Shown one piece after another: positions 24,900 through 37,143 of a DNA stretch of 64,000 bases. The position numbers and the translations under genes were made by a program. The DNA is from Malacoraja senta (taxonomy: Eukaryota). The notes under the pieces are model-generated. The model had not been told where the DNA came from. It made no database searches and saw nothing but the letters and a program-made list of their open reading frames with translations. The DNA lies in assembly GCA_038087875.1 (NCBI GenBank), contig JAXLNO010002078.1, positions 62,001 through 126,000 of the forward strand, given 5' to 3'. Within the stretch, counting starts at the first letter, position 1, and every line of letters starts with the position of its first letter.

Positions 24900-27800
24900 G
24901 GTCCAGCAAGGGAATCTGACTGAAGCTCGAACGATATAACAATTACAGCACGGAAACAGGCCATCTCGACCCTTCTACACGGGCCGAACACGTATTCTCC
25001 CCTAGTCCCATATACCTGCGCTCAGACCATAACCCTCCATTCCTTTCCCGTCCATATAACTATCCAATTTATTTTTAAATGATAAAAACGAACCTGCCTC
25101 CACCACCTTCACTGGAAGCTCATTCCACACAGCCACCACTCTCTGGGTAAAGAAGTTCCCCCACATGTTACCCCTAAACTTCTGTCCCTTAATTCTCAAG
25201 TCATGTCCCCTTGTTTGAATCTTCCCTACTCTCAGTGGGAAAAGCTTATCCACGTCAACTCTGTCTATCCCTCTCATCATTTTAAAGACCTCTATCAAGT
25301 CCCCCCTTAACCTTCTGCGCTCCAAAGAATAAAGCCCTAACTTGTTCAACCTTTCTCTGTAACTTAGTTGCTGAAACCCAGGCAACATTCTAGTAAATCT
25401 CGTCTGTACTCTCTCTATTTTATTGACATCCTTCCTATAATTAGGCGACCAAAATTGTACACCATACTCCAGAATTGGCCTCACCAATGCCTTGTACAAT
25501 TTTAACATTACATCCCAACTTCTATACTCAATGCTCTGATTTATAAAAGCCAGCACACTAAAAGCTTTCTTTACCACCCTATCTACATGAGATTCCACTT
25601 TCAGGGAACTGTGCACAGTTATTCCAAGATCCCTCTGTTCACCTGCATTCTTCAATTCCCTACCATTTACCATGTAGGTCCTATTTTGATTTGTCCTGCC
25701 AAGATGTAGCACCTCACACTTATCAGCATTAAACTCCATCTGCCATCTTTCAGCCCACTCTTCCAACCGGCATAAATCTCTCTGTAGACTTTGAAAATCT
25801 ACTTCATTATCCACAGCCCCACCTATCTTAGTATCATCTGCATACTTACTAATCCAATTTACCACACCATCATCCAGATCATTGATGTACATGACAAACA
25901 ACAGTGGACCCAACACAGATCCCTGTGGCACCCCACTAGTCACTGGCCTCCAACCTGACAAACAACCATCCACCATTACTCTCTGGCATCTCCCATTCAG
26001 CCACTGTTGAATCCATCTTGCTACTCCACCATTAATACCCAACCATTGAACCTTCTTAACCAACCTTCCGTGAGGAACCTTGTCAAAGGCCTTACTGAAG
26101 TCCATATATAAAACATCCACGGCTTTACCCTCATCAATTTCCCGAGTAACCTCTTCAAAAAATTCAAGAAGTTTAGTCAAACATGACCTTCCAGGCACAA
26201 ATCCATGTTGATTGTTCCTAATCAGCCCCTGTTTATCCAGATGCTTATATATATTATCTCTAAGTATCCTTTCCATTAATTTGCCCACCACTGACGTCAA
26301 ACTAACAGGTCTATAATTGCTAGGTTTACTCTTAGACCCCTTTTTAAACAATGGAACAACATGCGCAGTACGCCAATCCTCCGGCACTATTGCCGTTTCC
26401 AATGACATTTGAAATATTTCTGTCATAGCCCCTGCTATTTCTACACTAACTTCCCTCAATATCCTAGGGAATATCCTGGAGACTTATCCACTTTTATATT
26501 TCTCAAAAGTGTCAGTACTTCCTCTTCTTTGAATCTCATAGTTTCCATAGCTACTCTACTTGTTTCCCTTACCTCACATAATTCAATATCCTTCTCCTTG
26601 GTGAATACCGAAGAAAATAAATTGTTCAGTATCTCCCCCATCTCTTTTGGCTCTGCAGATAGCTGTCCACTCTGCATCTCTAATGGACCAATTTTATCCC
26701 TCGTTATCCTTTTGCTATTAATATAGCTGTAGAAACCGTTTGGATTTACTTTCACCTTACTTGCCAAAGCAACCTCATATCTTCTTTTAGCTTTTCTAAT
26801 TTCTTTCTTAAGACACTTTTTACATTTTTTATACTCCTCAAGCACCTCATTTACTCCATGCTGCCTATAATTATTGTAGATCTCTCTCTTTTTCCGAACT
26901 AAGTGTCCAATTTCCCTTGAAAACCATGGCTCTTTCCAATTTTTACTATTTCCTTTCAACCGAACAGGGACATAATGATTCTGTACTCTTAAAATTTCAC
27001 CTTTAAATGTCCTCCATTTCTCTTCCACATCTTTCCCATAAAACAAACTGTCCCAATTTACTCCTTTTAAATCCTTTCGCATCTCCTCAAAGTTAGCCTT
27101 TCTCCAATCAAAAATCTCAACCCTAGGTCCAGTTCTGACCCTCTCCATAATTATATTGAAACTAATGGTATTGTGATCACTGGTCCCGAACTGTTCCCCA
27201 ACGCATACCTCTGCCACCTGACCCGTCTCATTTCCTAACAGGAGGTCCAGCACCGCCCCTTCTCTAGTAGGTACTTCTATGTATTGCTGCAAAAAACTAT
27301 CCTGCACACATTTTACAAACTCCAACCCATCCAGCCCATTTACAGAATGTGTTTCCCAGTCTATGTGTGGAAAATTGAAATCTCCCACAATCACTACATT
27401 GTGCTTACTACTAATATCTGCAATCTCCTTACATATTTGGTCCTCCAATTCTCGCTCCCCATTTGGCGGTCTATAATACACCCCTATGAGTGTTGCTACC
27501 CCTTTCCCATTTCTCAGTTCCACCCAAATAGTCTCCCTAGAAGAGCCCTCTAATCTATCCTGCCAAAGCACTGCTGTAATATCTTCCCTGATAAGCAATG
27601 CAACACCTCCACCTCTTGCCCCTCCAATTCTATCACACCTGCAGCAACGAAATCCTGGAATATTTAGTTTCCAATCACAGCCCTCCTGCAACCATGTTTC
27701 ACTGATCGCCACAACATCATACTTCCAGGTGTCAATCCAGGCTTTAAGTTCATCCACCTTTCTTACAATGCTCCTAGCATTAAAATATACACATTTAAGA

Positions 27801-28720
27801 GACCCACCCTCTCTTATTCTCTGTTTATTGTCTTTTTCTTCTCTCTCCCCTACATTTTGGGTCAGAGTGCTTCCATTCTCTGCCTCCTGCCTCACACACT
27901 GACTGCTAGCTTTCCCAATTTGAGTCCCTCCCCCCAACCATACTAGTTTAAAGTCTCCCCAGTAGCCTTTGCAAATCTACCCGCCAGGATATTGGTCCCC
28001 CTCGAGTTCAAGTGCAACCCATCCTTTCTGTACAGGTCGCACCTTCCCCAAAAGAGGTCCCAATGATACAGAAACTTGAATCCATACCCACTGCACCAGT
28101 CCCTCATCCACTCATTTATCCCCCACCTCGCTCCATTCCTACTCTCACTGTCGCGTGGCACAGGCAGTAATCCTGAGATTGTTACCTTTGCAGTCCTTCT
28201 CCTTAACTCTCTACCTAACTCCCTAAATTCTTCTTTCAGCCATGATCATATTGAATGGCGGTGCAGGCTCGAAGGGCCGAATGGCCTACTCCTGCACCTA
28301 TTTTCTATGTATCTATGTAGGACCTCTTCTCTTTTTTTACCTATGTCGTTGGTACCTATATGTACCACAACCTCAGGCTCCTCTCCCTCCCATTTCAGGA
28401 TTTCTTCGACACGTTCAGACACATCCCTGACCCTGGCACCAGGGAGGCAAACTACCATCCGGGTCTCCTGTCTGCGTCCGTTCGACCAATCAGAGGCTTC
28501 CCCCACACTCCTTCTCTGGAACGTTGCAGCTGCAGATGGAACGTTGCAGATTTGGGTTCCAACGGCTCCAGGTAACTCCTCCTCGCTCCAACGGCTCCCC
28601 GGGCCTCTGTAGAAGCAAGCCCCGCGCTGTTTTTCTACTCACAGCTCCAGGTAACTCCTCCTCGCTCCAACGGCTCCCCGGGCCTCTGTAGAAGCAAGCC
28701 CCGCGCTGTTTTTCTACTCA
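24900..28720 (-). mobile_element. Near-full-length CR1 LINE, second family
   Basis: RT 25002-26459 (YMDFSKAFDKVPH, YADD), EN 26456-27937, esterase 27943-28520; tail GAGATGGCCTGTTTCCGTGCTGT. Confidence 0.92.
28565..28720. repeat. 79-bp tandem duplication at the CR1 5' end
   Basis: GCTCCAGGTAACTCC...TTTTTCTACTCA repeated at 28565 and 28644. Confidence 0.9.
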
Positions 28721-28723
28721 AAC

Positions 28724-28809
28724 GAAGGGTCTCGACCCGAAATGTCACCTGTTCCTTCGCTCCATATATGCTGCTTCACCTGCTGAGTTTTCCCAGCATT
28801 TTTGTCTAC
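28724..28809 (+). mobile_element. Penelope-derived short repeat
   Basis: GAAGGGTCTCGACCCGAAATGTCACC...TTTTGTCTAC. Confidence 0.72.
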
Positions 28810-29102
28810 TCAGGATTAGATGAATAGTTATGCTTTATAACTTACGGACCTATCTCCAAAGTTGTATGGACTCCAAAGGTAAATGACTCCATTCTTATTT
28901 ATCATGCCTTTTTTTTTCTCACTTAATATCTATAAAAAAACAACTAAATAGAAGCAGAGTTAATATACAACTGATAAAGGAGGACCACTATTATTTTGAT
29001 AGCTGGATTCCCATCTATTAGCAATGTATGATTGATAGAAATGTTTGTATTTTGATATGCACATGCTTCTAATAAAAATATTATATATTAAAAAAAAGAG
29101 TA

Positions 29103-29262
29103 TTGTTTAAGAAAGAACTGAAAAAATGCTAGAAAAATCTAAGGTAGACAAAAATGCTGGAAAAGCTCAGCACGGGAGGCAGCATCTATGGAGCGAAGGA
29201 GTAGGTGCCGTTTTGCGTCGAGACCCTTCTTCAGTCTAAAGAAGGGTCTCGACCCGAAATGT
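29103..29262 (-). mobile_element. Penelope-derived repeat with fold-back (inverted) head
   Basis: Reverse unit followed by GAGACCCTTCTTCAGTCTAAAGAAGGGTCTC, an imperfect palindrome. Confidence 0.75.
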
Positions 29263-29425
29263 AAAAGCATTGGAAACGTGATGTTAAAACTCTCTCTAAA
29301 TGATTTTACATTTACTGATTATGCCGGGTTCTATCTAGTGCCCCTTGACCAAAATATTTAGAAAAAAACATCATTTTGCCTCTTGTTGACATAGCTTGCA
29401 TCGTACTAATCATGTTTTTTATTTA

Positions 29426-30080
29426 GAGCTCAAAATTCCAACCCGTGATCTGGGAATTTCAATTTTATTAATAAATGCATTCTGACGTAAAACGCTTCCG
29501 TTGGTGGTGACGCATGTCGATAGTTCACTGCTGCACTTCACGGAAGGGAATGTGTCATATCTGTTCTGGCCAGTACGCAACTACATACCTGTAGAAAAAT
29601 GGCTCCAGACTAGTGTCAGTTTAGTTTGACTGTGCTCCAGTGAAGACTTTGAGGCGTTTCAGTAATTGATAGAAACTATCTGAAATAAATTAGTGGCTGA
29701 CTCTCCAGCGACAGCAGAGCAAATCATAAATGGTTAGAAGTATCAAGGTCCCCCTCCTGCTGCAGATTGGGATGAAATTCTGCATTAGATGTATTTTCCC
29801 GTTTCACTTCAGAATCATTGGGGGAGGAAGAGAATGATTCATTCATTCATTGCCACTGACTGACCTGCACTGCCACTTGTCTTCTGAAGCAGCATCATGA
29901 GTCTAGTTCCACTCAGCTCACTCTCGTGTGCGCACTGTTTACACACTCAGTCACTTGGGCCACATGAGCTGATTTTGCTTTCAAACACTTATTGTGGAGG
30001 GTGATAACGTTTGTGTCAGAATTGAAACTATCAGCGCCCGGAGATCAAAGTCTTCAACTGCGTAGAAAGCAGAGTCATAA
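29426..30080. repeat. Left arm of inverted duplication
   Basis: Reverse complement of 36534-37143, with an extra ~48-bp segment near 29758-29805. Confidence 0.92.
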
Positions 30081-30203
30081 GAAGGGTCTCAACCCGAAAC
30101 GTCGCCTATTCCTTCGCTCCATAGATGCTGCCTCACCTGCTGAGTTTCTCCAGCATTTTTGTCTACCTTCGATTTTGCAGCATCTGCAGTTCCTTCTTAA
30201 ACA
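30079..30203 (+). mobile_element. Penelope-derived repeat, long form
   Basis: AAGAAGGGTCTCAACCCGAAACGTC...CATCTGCAGTTCCTTCTTAAACA. Confidence 0.75.
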
Positions 30204-31129
30204 AGAATCATACACACTGTGTATATCTGACAGGAGACATAACATTTGTCAATGTAAGATGTTGTCTATTTCACAGCCCCTCCTTCTTTAAGCAAAATGG
30301 CAACCAAATTCCTTTTAGAAATAGTTATGTGCATGGTATTAGTGTGGATGACAGTTGCTGCAGTGTCATCAGAAATTTGTAAGCCTAGTTTAACAGTGTA
30401 CATTGTTCTTGCTTTGTGAATCTTGTTTTAATCAGCAATGTGATATTGTTAAACATGCGTGTTTGCAAGATGCTCAATCCCATCCCATATCAGTGACAGT
30501 CGTGTACTTCCACAATCGCGGTGTCGGGGGGAAATCACCTCATACGAAACCTGGCAGAATATGGATGCTCTCCATGCTGTAAAATATTGGTATCTTCCAC
30601 AAGAGACATTTTGTATTGCTCATCCTTGGATGATTATAACCAAACACGTCCATTCCTTGCAACATTCCTTGCATTCTCTGAATTTCTCCTTTGGACTGAG
30701 GTCTGGGTTAATAAATCTGTGGTGGTGGGTTAATAAATCTGTGGCAATTTGTGCTAACCACGGTTTTCACCCAAAGACAGTATAGGACAGGAGACCGGTT
30801 AGAGCCCTGGATCTTGCCTCACCAGTTTGCCTTTATTAGAGGGTCACCCCACTTTGACTTCGAACTGACTGGGTTTGAGCAGGTCATCCGCATACAATGA
30901 GACTTTATGAGTTGTGTCAAACCGTGTAATACCTTTAAAGCCCTTCTCTGCGCGTAGATTGGATGGGGATATGGACGGGAAAGGAATGGAGGGTTATGGT
31001 CTGAGTGCAGGTACTGTAGATGGGACTAGGGGGAAGACAGAAGGAAAAAAAAATGTTCGGCACGGACTTGAAGGGCCGAGATGGCCTGTTTCCGTGCTGT
31101 AACGGTTATATGGTTATAATGCCGTCAGA

Positions 31130-31770
31130 TGTTGGAAAGAACACATTATAGTGGCGCCTACTGGCGCACACAGGTATCGAACCCGGCGTTCGGAAGCCGC
31201 GGTCACGTGACTCGGGAGGGGCTGCTTGTTTTCGCGCGGTTTTGCTCTCGCGCGCTAGTTCAGCACTGACCACCGATGTGGCCAGACATGTCCAGAGAAC
31301 CTGTTTACTGAAAAGTTAATTTTGTTCAGTTGTCGTTCTTGGTAACCCCGACCTGTCTACCCGTCGTTAGACAAGAGAATTATGCAGGAAGACAACGTTC
31401 CCGCAGAATCAGGGCTCACTGTCTTTCAAATTGCCAGCGTTTTGGCCTGACCAACCTCAGGTGTGGTTCGCCCACGTTGAGGGACAGTTTCAACTCCATC
31501 GCATCGTAGCGGACGACACAATGTATTTCCATGTGGTGGGGGCTTCGCCGCAGGACTGTGCCTCGAGGTTGTTGCCCTACATCAGGGACCCGCCGTCCAT
31601 CGCCAAATACGAAGGGCTGACGGCCCTGCTGCTCCACGCTTATGGTCTCAGCCACAGAGACAGGGCAGCGAAGCTGCTGCACATGGACAGTGTCGGCGAC
31701 CGGCGGACATCCACCATCATGGCGAAGATGTTAGCCCTGATGGACGGGCACCGCCCATGTCTGCTTTTCT
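31130..31770 (+). mobile_element. Ty3/Gypsy LTR retrotransposon 5' fragment (LTR, PBS-like site, gag start)
   Basis: TGTTGG start; TGGTAACCCCGAC PBS-like; gag KLPAFWPDQPQVWFAHVEGQF..GDRRTS. Confidence 0.8.
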
Positions 31771-32955
31771 GGAGCAGATGCCAGAGGATTGGGAAACTTT
31801 CATAGGACAACAGAAGGAAACAAAACGGGCAATACGGGCTGAAAAGATGAAGTACGAAGGGAAGCTGGCCAGGAATGTAAAGAAGGACAGTAAAAGCTTC
31901 TTTAAATATGTTAAGGGAAAAAGAGTTGCAAAGTCAAATGTGGGTCCCTTGAAGGCAGACACAGGTGAAATTATTATGGGCAACAAGGAAATGGCAGAAG
32001 AGTTGAATAGGTACTTCGGATCTGTCTTCACTAAGGAAGAGACAAACAGATGTACTGAAGGACAGAGAATCTAAGGGGGTAGAGGAACTGAAAGAATTTT
32101 TCATTAGGCGAGAAATAGTATTGGGTAGGCTAATGGGACTGAAGGATGATAAATCCCCTGGGCCTGATGGTCTGCATCCCAGGGTCCTCAGGGAGGTGGC
32201 TCTAGAAATAGTGGATGCATTGGTGATCATTTTCCAATGTTTAATAGATTCAGGATCAGTTGCTGTGGATTGGAGGATAGCTAATGTTATCCCACTTTTC
32301 AAGAAAGGAGTGAGAGAGAAAACGGGGAATTACAGACCAATTAGCCTGACTTCGGTGGTGACATTTGGATAGCAGTAAAAGGATTAGTCCAAGTCAACAA
32401 GGATTTATGAAAGGGAAATCATGCTTGACTAATCTTCTGGAGTTTTTTGAGGATGTGACAAGTAAAATGGATGAAGGGGTGCCAGTGGATGTAGTGTATC
32501 TAGACTTTCAGAAAGCCTTTAATAAGGTCCCGCACGAGAGACTGGTGACTCAAATTAGAGCACATGGTGTTGGGGGTAGGGTGTTGACATGGATAGAAAA
32601 TTGGTTGGCAGACCGGAAGCACAGAGTAGGAGTGAACAGGTAGCGTATTGGTAGCGTATTGAGGAATGTAGTTGAACATAGGGATCTAGGAATAACTGTG
32701 CATAGTTCCCTGAAGGTGGAATCTCATATAGATAGGGTGGTAAAGAAAGCTTTTGGTGTGCTGACCTTTATAAATCAGAGCATTGAGTATAGAAGTTGGG
32801 ATGTAATGTTAAAATTGTACAAGGCATTGGTGAGGCCAATTCTGGAGTATGGTGTACAATTTTGTTCGCCAAATTATAGGAAAGATGTCAACAAAATAGA
32901 GAGAGTATAGAGGAGATTTACTAGAATGTTGCCTGGGTTTCAGCAACTAAGTTAC
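31771..32955 (+). mobile_element. Fused CR1 ORF2 fragments (two families)
   Basis: KSPGPDGLHPRVL, YLDFQKAF, then DLGITVHSSLKV..NYRKDV. Confidence 0.85.
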
Positions 32956-34625
32956 AGAGAAACATAGAAAATAGGTGCAGGAGTAGGCCATTCGGCCCTT
33001 CGAGCCTGCACCGCCATTCAATATTATCATGGCTCAGTATCCAACTCAGTATCCTGTACCTGCCTTCTCTCCATACCCCCTGATCCCTTTAGCCACAAGG
33101 GCCACATCTAACTCCCTCTTAAATATAGCCTATGAACTGGCCTCAACTACCTTCTGTGGCAGAGAATTCCACAGATTCACCACTCTGTGTGAAAAATGTT
33201 TTCTCATCTCGGTCACAAAAGACTTCCCCCTTATCCTTAAACTGTGACCCGTTGTTCTGGACTTCCCCAACATCGGGAACAATCTTCCTGCATCTAGCCT
33301 GTCCAATCCCTTAAGAATTTTGTAAGTTTCTATAAGATCCCCCCTCAATCTTCTAAATTCTAGCGAGTACAAGCCGAGTCTATCCAGTCTTTCTTCATAT
33401 CAAAGTCCTGCCATCCCAGGAATCAGGCTGGTGAACCTTCTCTGTACTCCCTCTTTGGCAAGAATGTCTTTCCTCAGATTAGGCGACCAAAACTGTACGC
33501 AATACTCCAGGTGTGGTCTCACCAAGACCCTGTACAACTGCAGTAGAACCTCCCTGCTCTTATACTCAAATTATTTTGCTATGAATGCTAACATACCATT
33601 TGCTTTCTTCACTGCCTGCTGCACCTGCATACCTACTTTCAATGACTGGTGTACCATGACACCGAGGTCTCGTTGCATCTCCCCTTTTCCTAATCGGCCA
33701 CCATTCAGATAATAGTCTACTTTCCTGTTTTGGCCACTAAAGTGGATAACCTCACATTTATCCACATTATACTGCATCTGCCATGCATTTGCCCACTCAC
33801 CCAACCTATCCAATTCACCTTTCAGCCTCCTAGCATCCTCCTCACAGCTAACACTGCCCCCCAGCTTCGTGTCATCCGCAAACTTGGAGATGTTGCATTC
33901 AATTCCCTCATCCAGATCATTAATATATATTGTAAATAGCTGGGGTCCCAGCACACAGCACCTCACTAGTCACTGAAGAAGGGTTTCGGCCCGAAACGTT
34001 ACCTATTTCCATCGCTCCATAGATGCTGCTGCACCCGCTGAGTTTCTCCAGCATTTTTGTGTACCTCACTAGTCACTGCCTGCCATTCTGAAAAGGACCC
34101 GTTTCCTCCTACTCTTTGCTTCCTGTCTGCCAGCCAGTTCTCTATCCACATCAATACTGAACACCCAATACCATGTGCTTTAAGTTAGCATACTAATCTC
34201 TTATGTGCAACCTTATCGAATGCCTTCTGAAAGTCCAGATATAACACATCCACTGGTTCTCCCTGATCCACTCTACTAGTTGCATCCTCGAAAAATTCTA
34301 TAAGATTCGTCAGACATGATTTACCTTTCATAAATCCATGCTGACTTTGTCCAATGATTTCACCACTTTTCAAATGTGCTGCTATCCCATCTTTAATAAC
34401 TGACTCTAGCAGTTTCCCCACTAACTGGTCTGTAATTCCCCGTTTTCTCTCTCCCTCCCTTTTTAAAAAGTGGGGTTACATTAGCTACCCTCCAATCCTC
34501 AGGAACTACTCCAGAATCTAAAGAGTTTTGAAAAATTATCACTAATGCATCCACTATTTCTGGGGCTACTTCCTTAAGTACTCTGGGATGCAGCCTATCT
34601 GGCCCTGGGGATTTATCGGCCTCTC
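32956..34625 (-). mobile_element. CR1 (HER1-like) 3' half with deletions
   Basis: Tail, LEFRRLRGDL, FADD, KSPGPD; similar to 17400-19030. Confidence 0.9.
33973..34062 (+). ncRNA. Penelope-derived repeat with intact minimal hammerhead-like core
   Basis: CTGAAGA-A-GGGT(TTCG)GCCC-GAAA-CG-TT; 16-bp TSD ACCTCACTAGTCACTG (33960-33975, 34063-34078). Confidence 0.65.
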
Positions 34626-35870
34626 CTCCCCTCTCCATCCTTACTTCTCTCCTTTACATACCTCTCCTCTTTCCCATCCTCCCTTCACCTCTCCACACAT
34701 CCTCTCCTCCCCTCCCCTCTCGTCTCTTCTAAACTCCCCTCATCCACTCTCCTCTTCCCTCCCATCTCCCCTCCTCTCTCCTTCCATCATCCCCTCCTCT
34801 CCTCTCCACACCACCTCTCTTCTCCCCTCCTCCACTCCTCACATCTCCCCTCTTCACTCTCCTCTCACCTCCACTACCCTCCTCCCCTCCATTCTCCCCT
34901 CCTCGCCTATATTCTCCCCTACTCTCCTCTCCTCTACCCCTACACTCCCTCTCCCTGTCGCCTCTCTCCCCCTCTCCTGCCACTCTCTCCTCTCCTCTAC
35001 CCTCTCCTCTACCCTGTCCTCTCTTCTACCCTCTCCTCCCCCTCCCCCCCATCTTCTCTCCTCCCTCTTCTCTCCTCTCCCTCCTACCTTCTACTCTCCT
35101 CCTTTCTCTTCTCCCCTCTCCCCCCTTCTCCTCCTCTCTCCTCTGCCCTACTCTGCCTCCCTCACCTCCCTTCTCTCCTCTGACCCCACCCCCCTCCACT
35201 CCTATACTTTCCACTCTTCTATCCCCTCCCCTACTCATCACCCCCTCCTCTCAACTCTCCTCTCCTCCCCATCCTTATTTCTCCTCTCCTTTACTTTCCT
35301 CTTCTCTCTCCCCTCCCCTCCTCTGCCCTCTTCACTCCTCCCCTCACCCCTTCTCCCCTCTCTGCTTCTCTCTCCCCCTCCCTTCAAATCCAGCACCAAA
35401 GATAATATAGTGGAGGTGAGAGATTGTTCTCTACTCTCCTCTTCCCTCTCTCTCCTCTCCTGCCCTCCCCTCTCCCCTCGTCCCCACATCTCCTCTCTTT
35501 TCTTCCCCTCTCCTCCCCTGCTCTCTGCTACCTCCCTCTCTCCTCTCCTTTCTCCCCCTCTCCCCTCTCCTCACCTCTCCTCTTGCCCCTCCCCTCCCCT
35601 CCCCTCTGCTCTTCTCTCCCCTCCCCTCTCCTCTCTCCTCCTACCCGCTCCTCTGCACCCCTTCTCCCCTTATCTCTCATCCCCTCTCTCTCCCCTCAAA
35701 ACCAGCACCAAAAATAATTGCAATATGGACTAGGTGAGAGATTGTCTCCTCTGCTCTCCCCTCCTCTCCCCTCCTCTCCCCTCTCTTCACCCTTCCCCTC
35801 TCCTCTCCCTCCCCTTCACTCCCCTCTTCCCTCCCCTCCATTCCTCTCCTCTTCTCTCCTCTTTTTCTTT
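34621..35870. repeat. Polypyrimidine/polypurine (CTC-rich) low-complexity tract
   Basis: Almost G-free on the + strand; recurring core AAATCCAGCACCAAAGATAAT..GGTGAGA near 35387, 35698 and 36491. Confidence 0.95.
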
Positions 35871-36447
35871 CCTTTTCAAAAACTTTATTAAGCACAAACA
35901 CATGATACATCAAAAACACAATCAGAAGTTACAATGTATCAAATAATCATTATAGTACAATGATGCATTCATTATTTACGATACTCTCAACCCCATGTGG
36001 TGACCAGCGCCCACGGAAGGCATCCAGAGTCCCCAAGGACACCACGTGTTCCCTCTCCAGGGACCCGCGAGCACGTATGTAGGCCCCGAAGAGGGGTAGA
36101 CAGCCGACTCTAGCATGACCATCGACCGCCCACTGCCTGGACCCACGAATGGCCATCTTGGCCAGGCCCAGGAGCAAACCGACAGGGAGGTCCCACCCCC
36201 CGATCGGCTCTCCTCACTCCCTGCCTTGTGTCCAAACACTAGAATCATGGGACTAAAATGCAACCAGAACTTGAGGAACAACCCCTTCAGATATTGGTGC
36301 AGGGGCAGTAACCTCTCACACTCCATATACGCGTGGAACACGGTTTCCTCCTCACCACAGAAAATACAGGCGGCCGACGAGCCCGTGATCCGACTCAAAA
36401 GTTCATTACACGCCACCACACTCTCCATCCCAGGTCCCCAATGTAAA
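35871..36447 (-). mobile_element. Tx1-clade L1 3' fragment
   Basis: CIFCGEEETVFHAYMEC zinc knuckle, LFLKFWLHFSP, short 3' UTR with AATAAA. Confidence 0.8.
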
Positions 36448-36533
36448 GGGGCTCCCCTCTCCTCCCTGCTTCTCTCTCTCCTCTCCCATCAAATCCAGCA
36501 CCAAAGATAATTGTAATAGTGGAGGTGAGAATA

Positions 36534-37143
36534 TTATGACTGCTTCCTACGCAGTTGAAGACTTTGATCTCCGGGCTCTGATAGTTTCAATTCTGACACA
36601 AACGTTATCACCCTCCACAATAAGTGTTTGAAAGCAAAATCAGCTCATGTGGCCCAAGTAACTGAGTGTGTAAACAGTGCGCACACGAGAGTGAGCTGAG
36701 TGGAACTAGACTCATGATGCTGCTTCAGAAGACAAGTGGCAGTGCAGGTCAGTCAGTGGCAATGAATGAATGAATCATTCTCTTCCTCCCCCAATGATTC
36801 TGAAGTGAGGAGGGGGACCTTGATACTTCTAACCATTTATGATTTGCTCTGCTGTCGCTGGAGAGTCAGCCACTAATTTATTTCAGATAGTTTCTATCAA
36901 TTACTGAAACGCCTCAAAGTCTTCACTGGAGCACAGTCACACCAAACTGACACTAGTCTGTAGCCATTTTGCTACAGGTATGTAGTTGCGTACTGGCTAG
37001 AACAGATATGATGACACATTCCCTTCCATGAAGTGCAGCAGTGAACTATCGACATGCGTCACCACCAACGGAAGCATTTTACGTCAGAATGCATTTATTA
37101 ATAAAATTGAAATTCCCAGATCATGGGTTGGAATTTTGAGCTC
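36534..37143. repeat. Right arm of inverted duplication
   Basis: Reverse complement of 29426-30080. Confidence 0.92.

Larger units (their letters stand above)
1..29098 (+). mobile_element. Outer L1 LINE (copy A), fragmented by nested insertions; 5' end lies upstream of the window
   Basis: ORF1 at 4-621; ORF2 RT/C-terminal pieces at 14260-14911, 19040-19263, 21318-22249 and 24492-24895 rejoin in order; 3' UTR with AATAAA (29071) and A-tail ending ~29097; flank AGAGTAT (29097-29103) matches the 5' flank of copy B (56308-56314). Confidence 0.8.

Noticed and set aside
34588-35733. 381-aa Pro/Ser/Leu ORF
   Set aside because: Artefact of a pyrimidine-only low-complexity tract that cannot form stop codons
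36887-36977. Exon-like segment (tttcag|...ACAG|gtatgt) in the inverted arm
   Set aside because: Stops in all three frames; at most non-coding
29426-37143. Polinton/Maverick or other long-TIR element
   Set aside because: No TSD, no AG/AGT-repeat termini and no polymerase, integrase or capsid remnants between the arms
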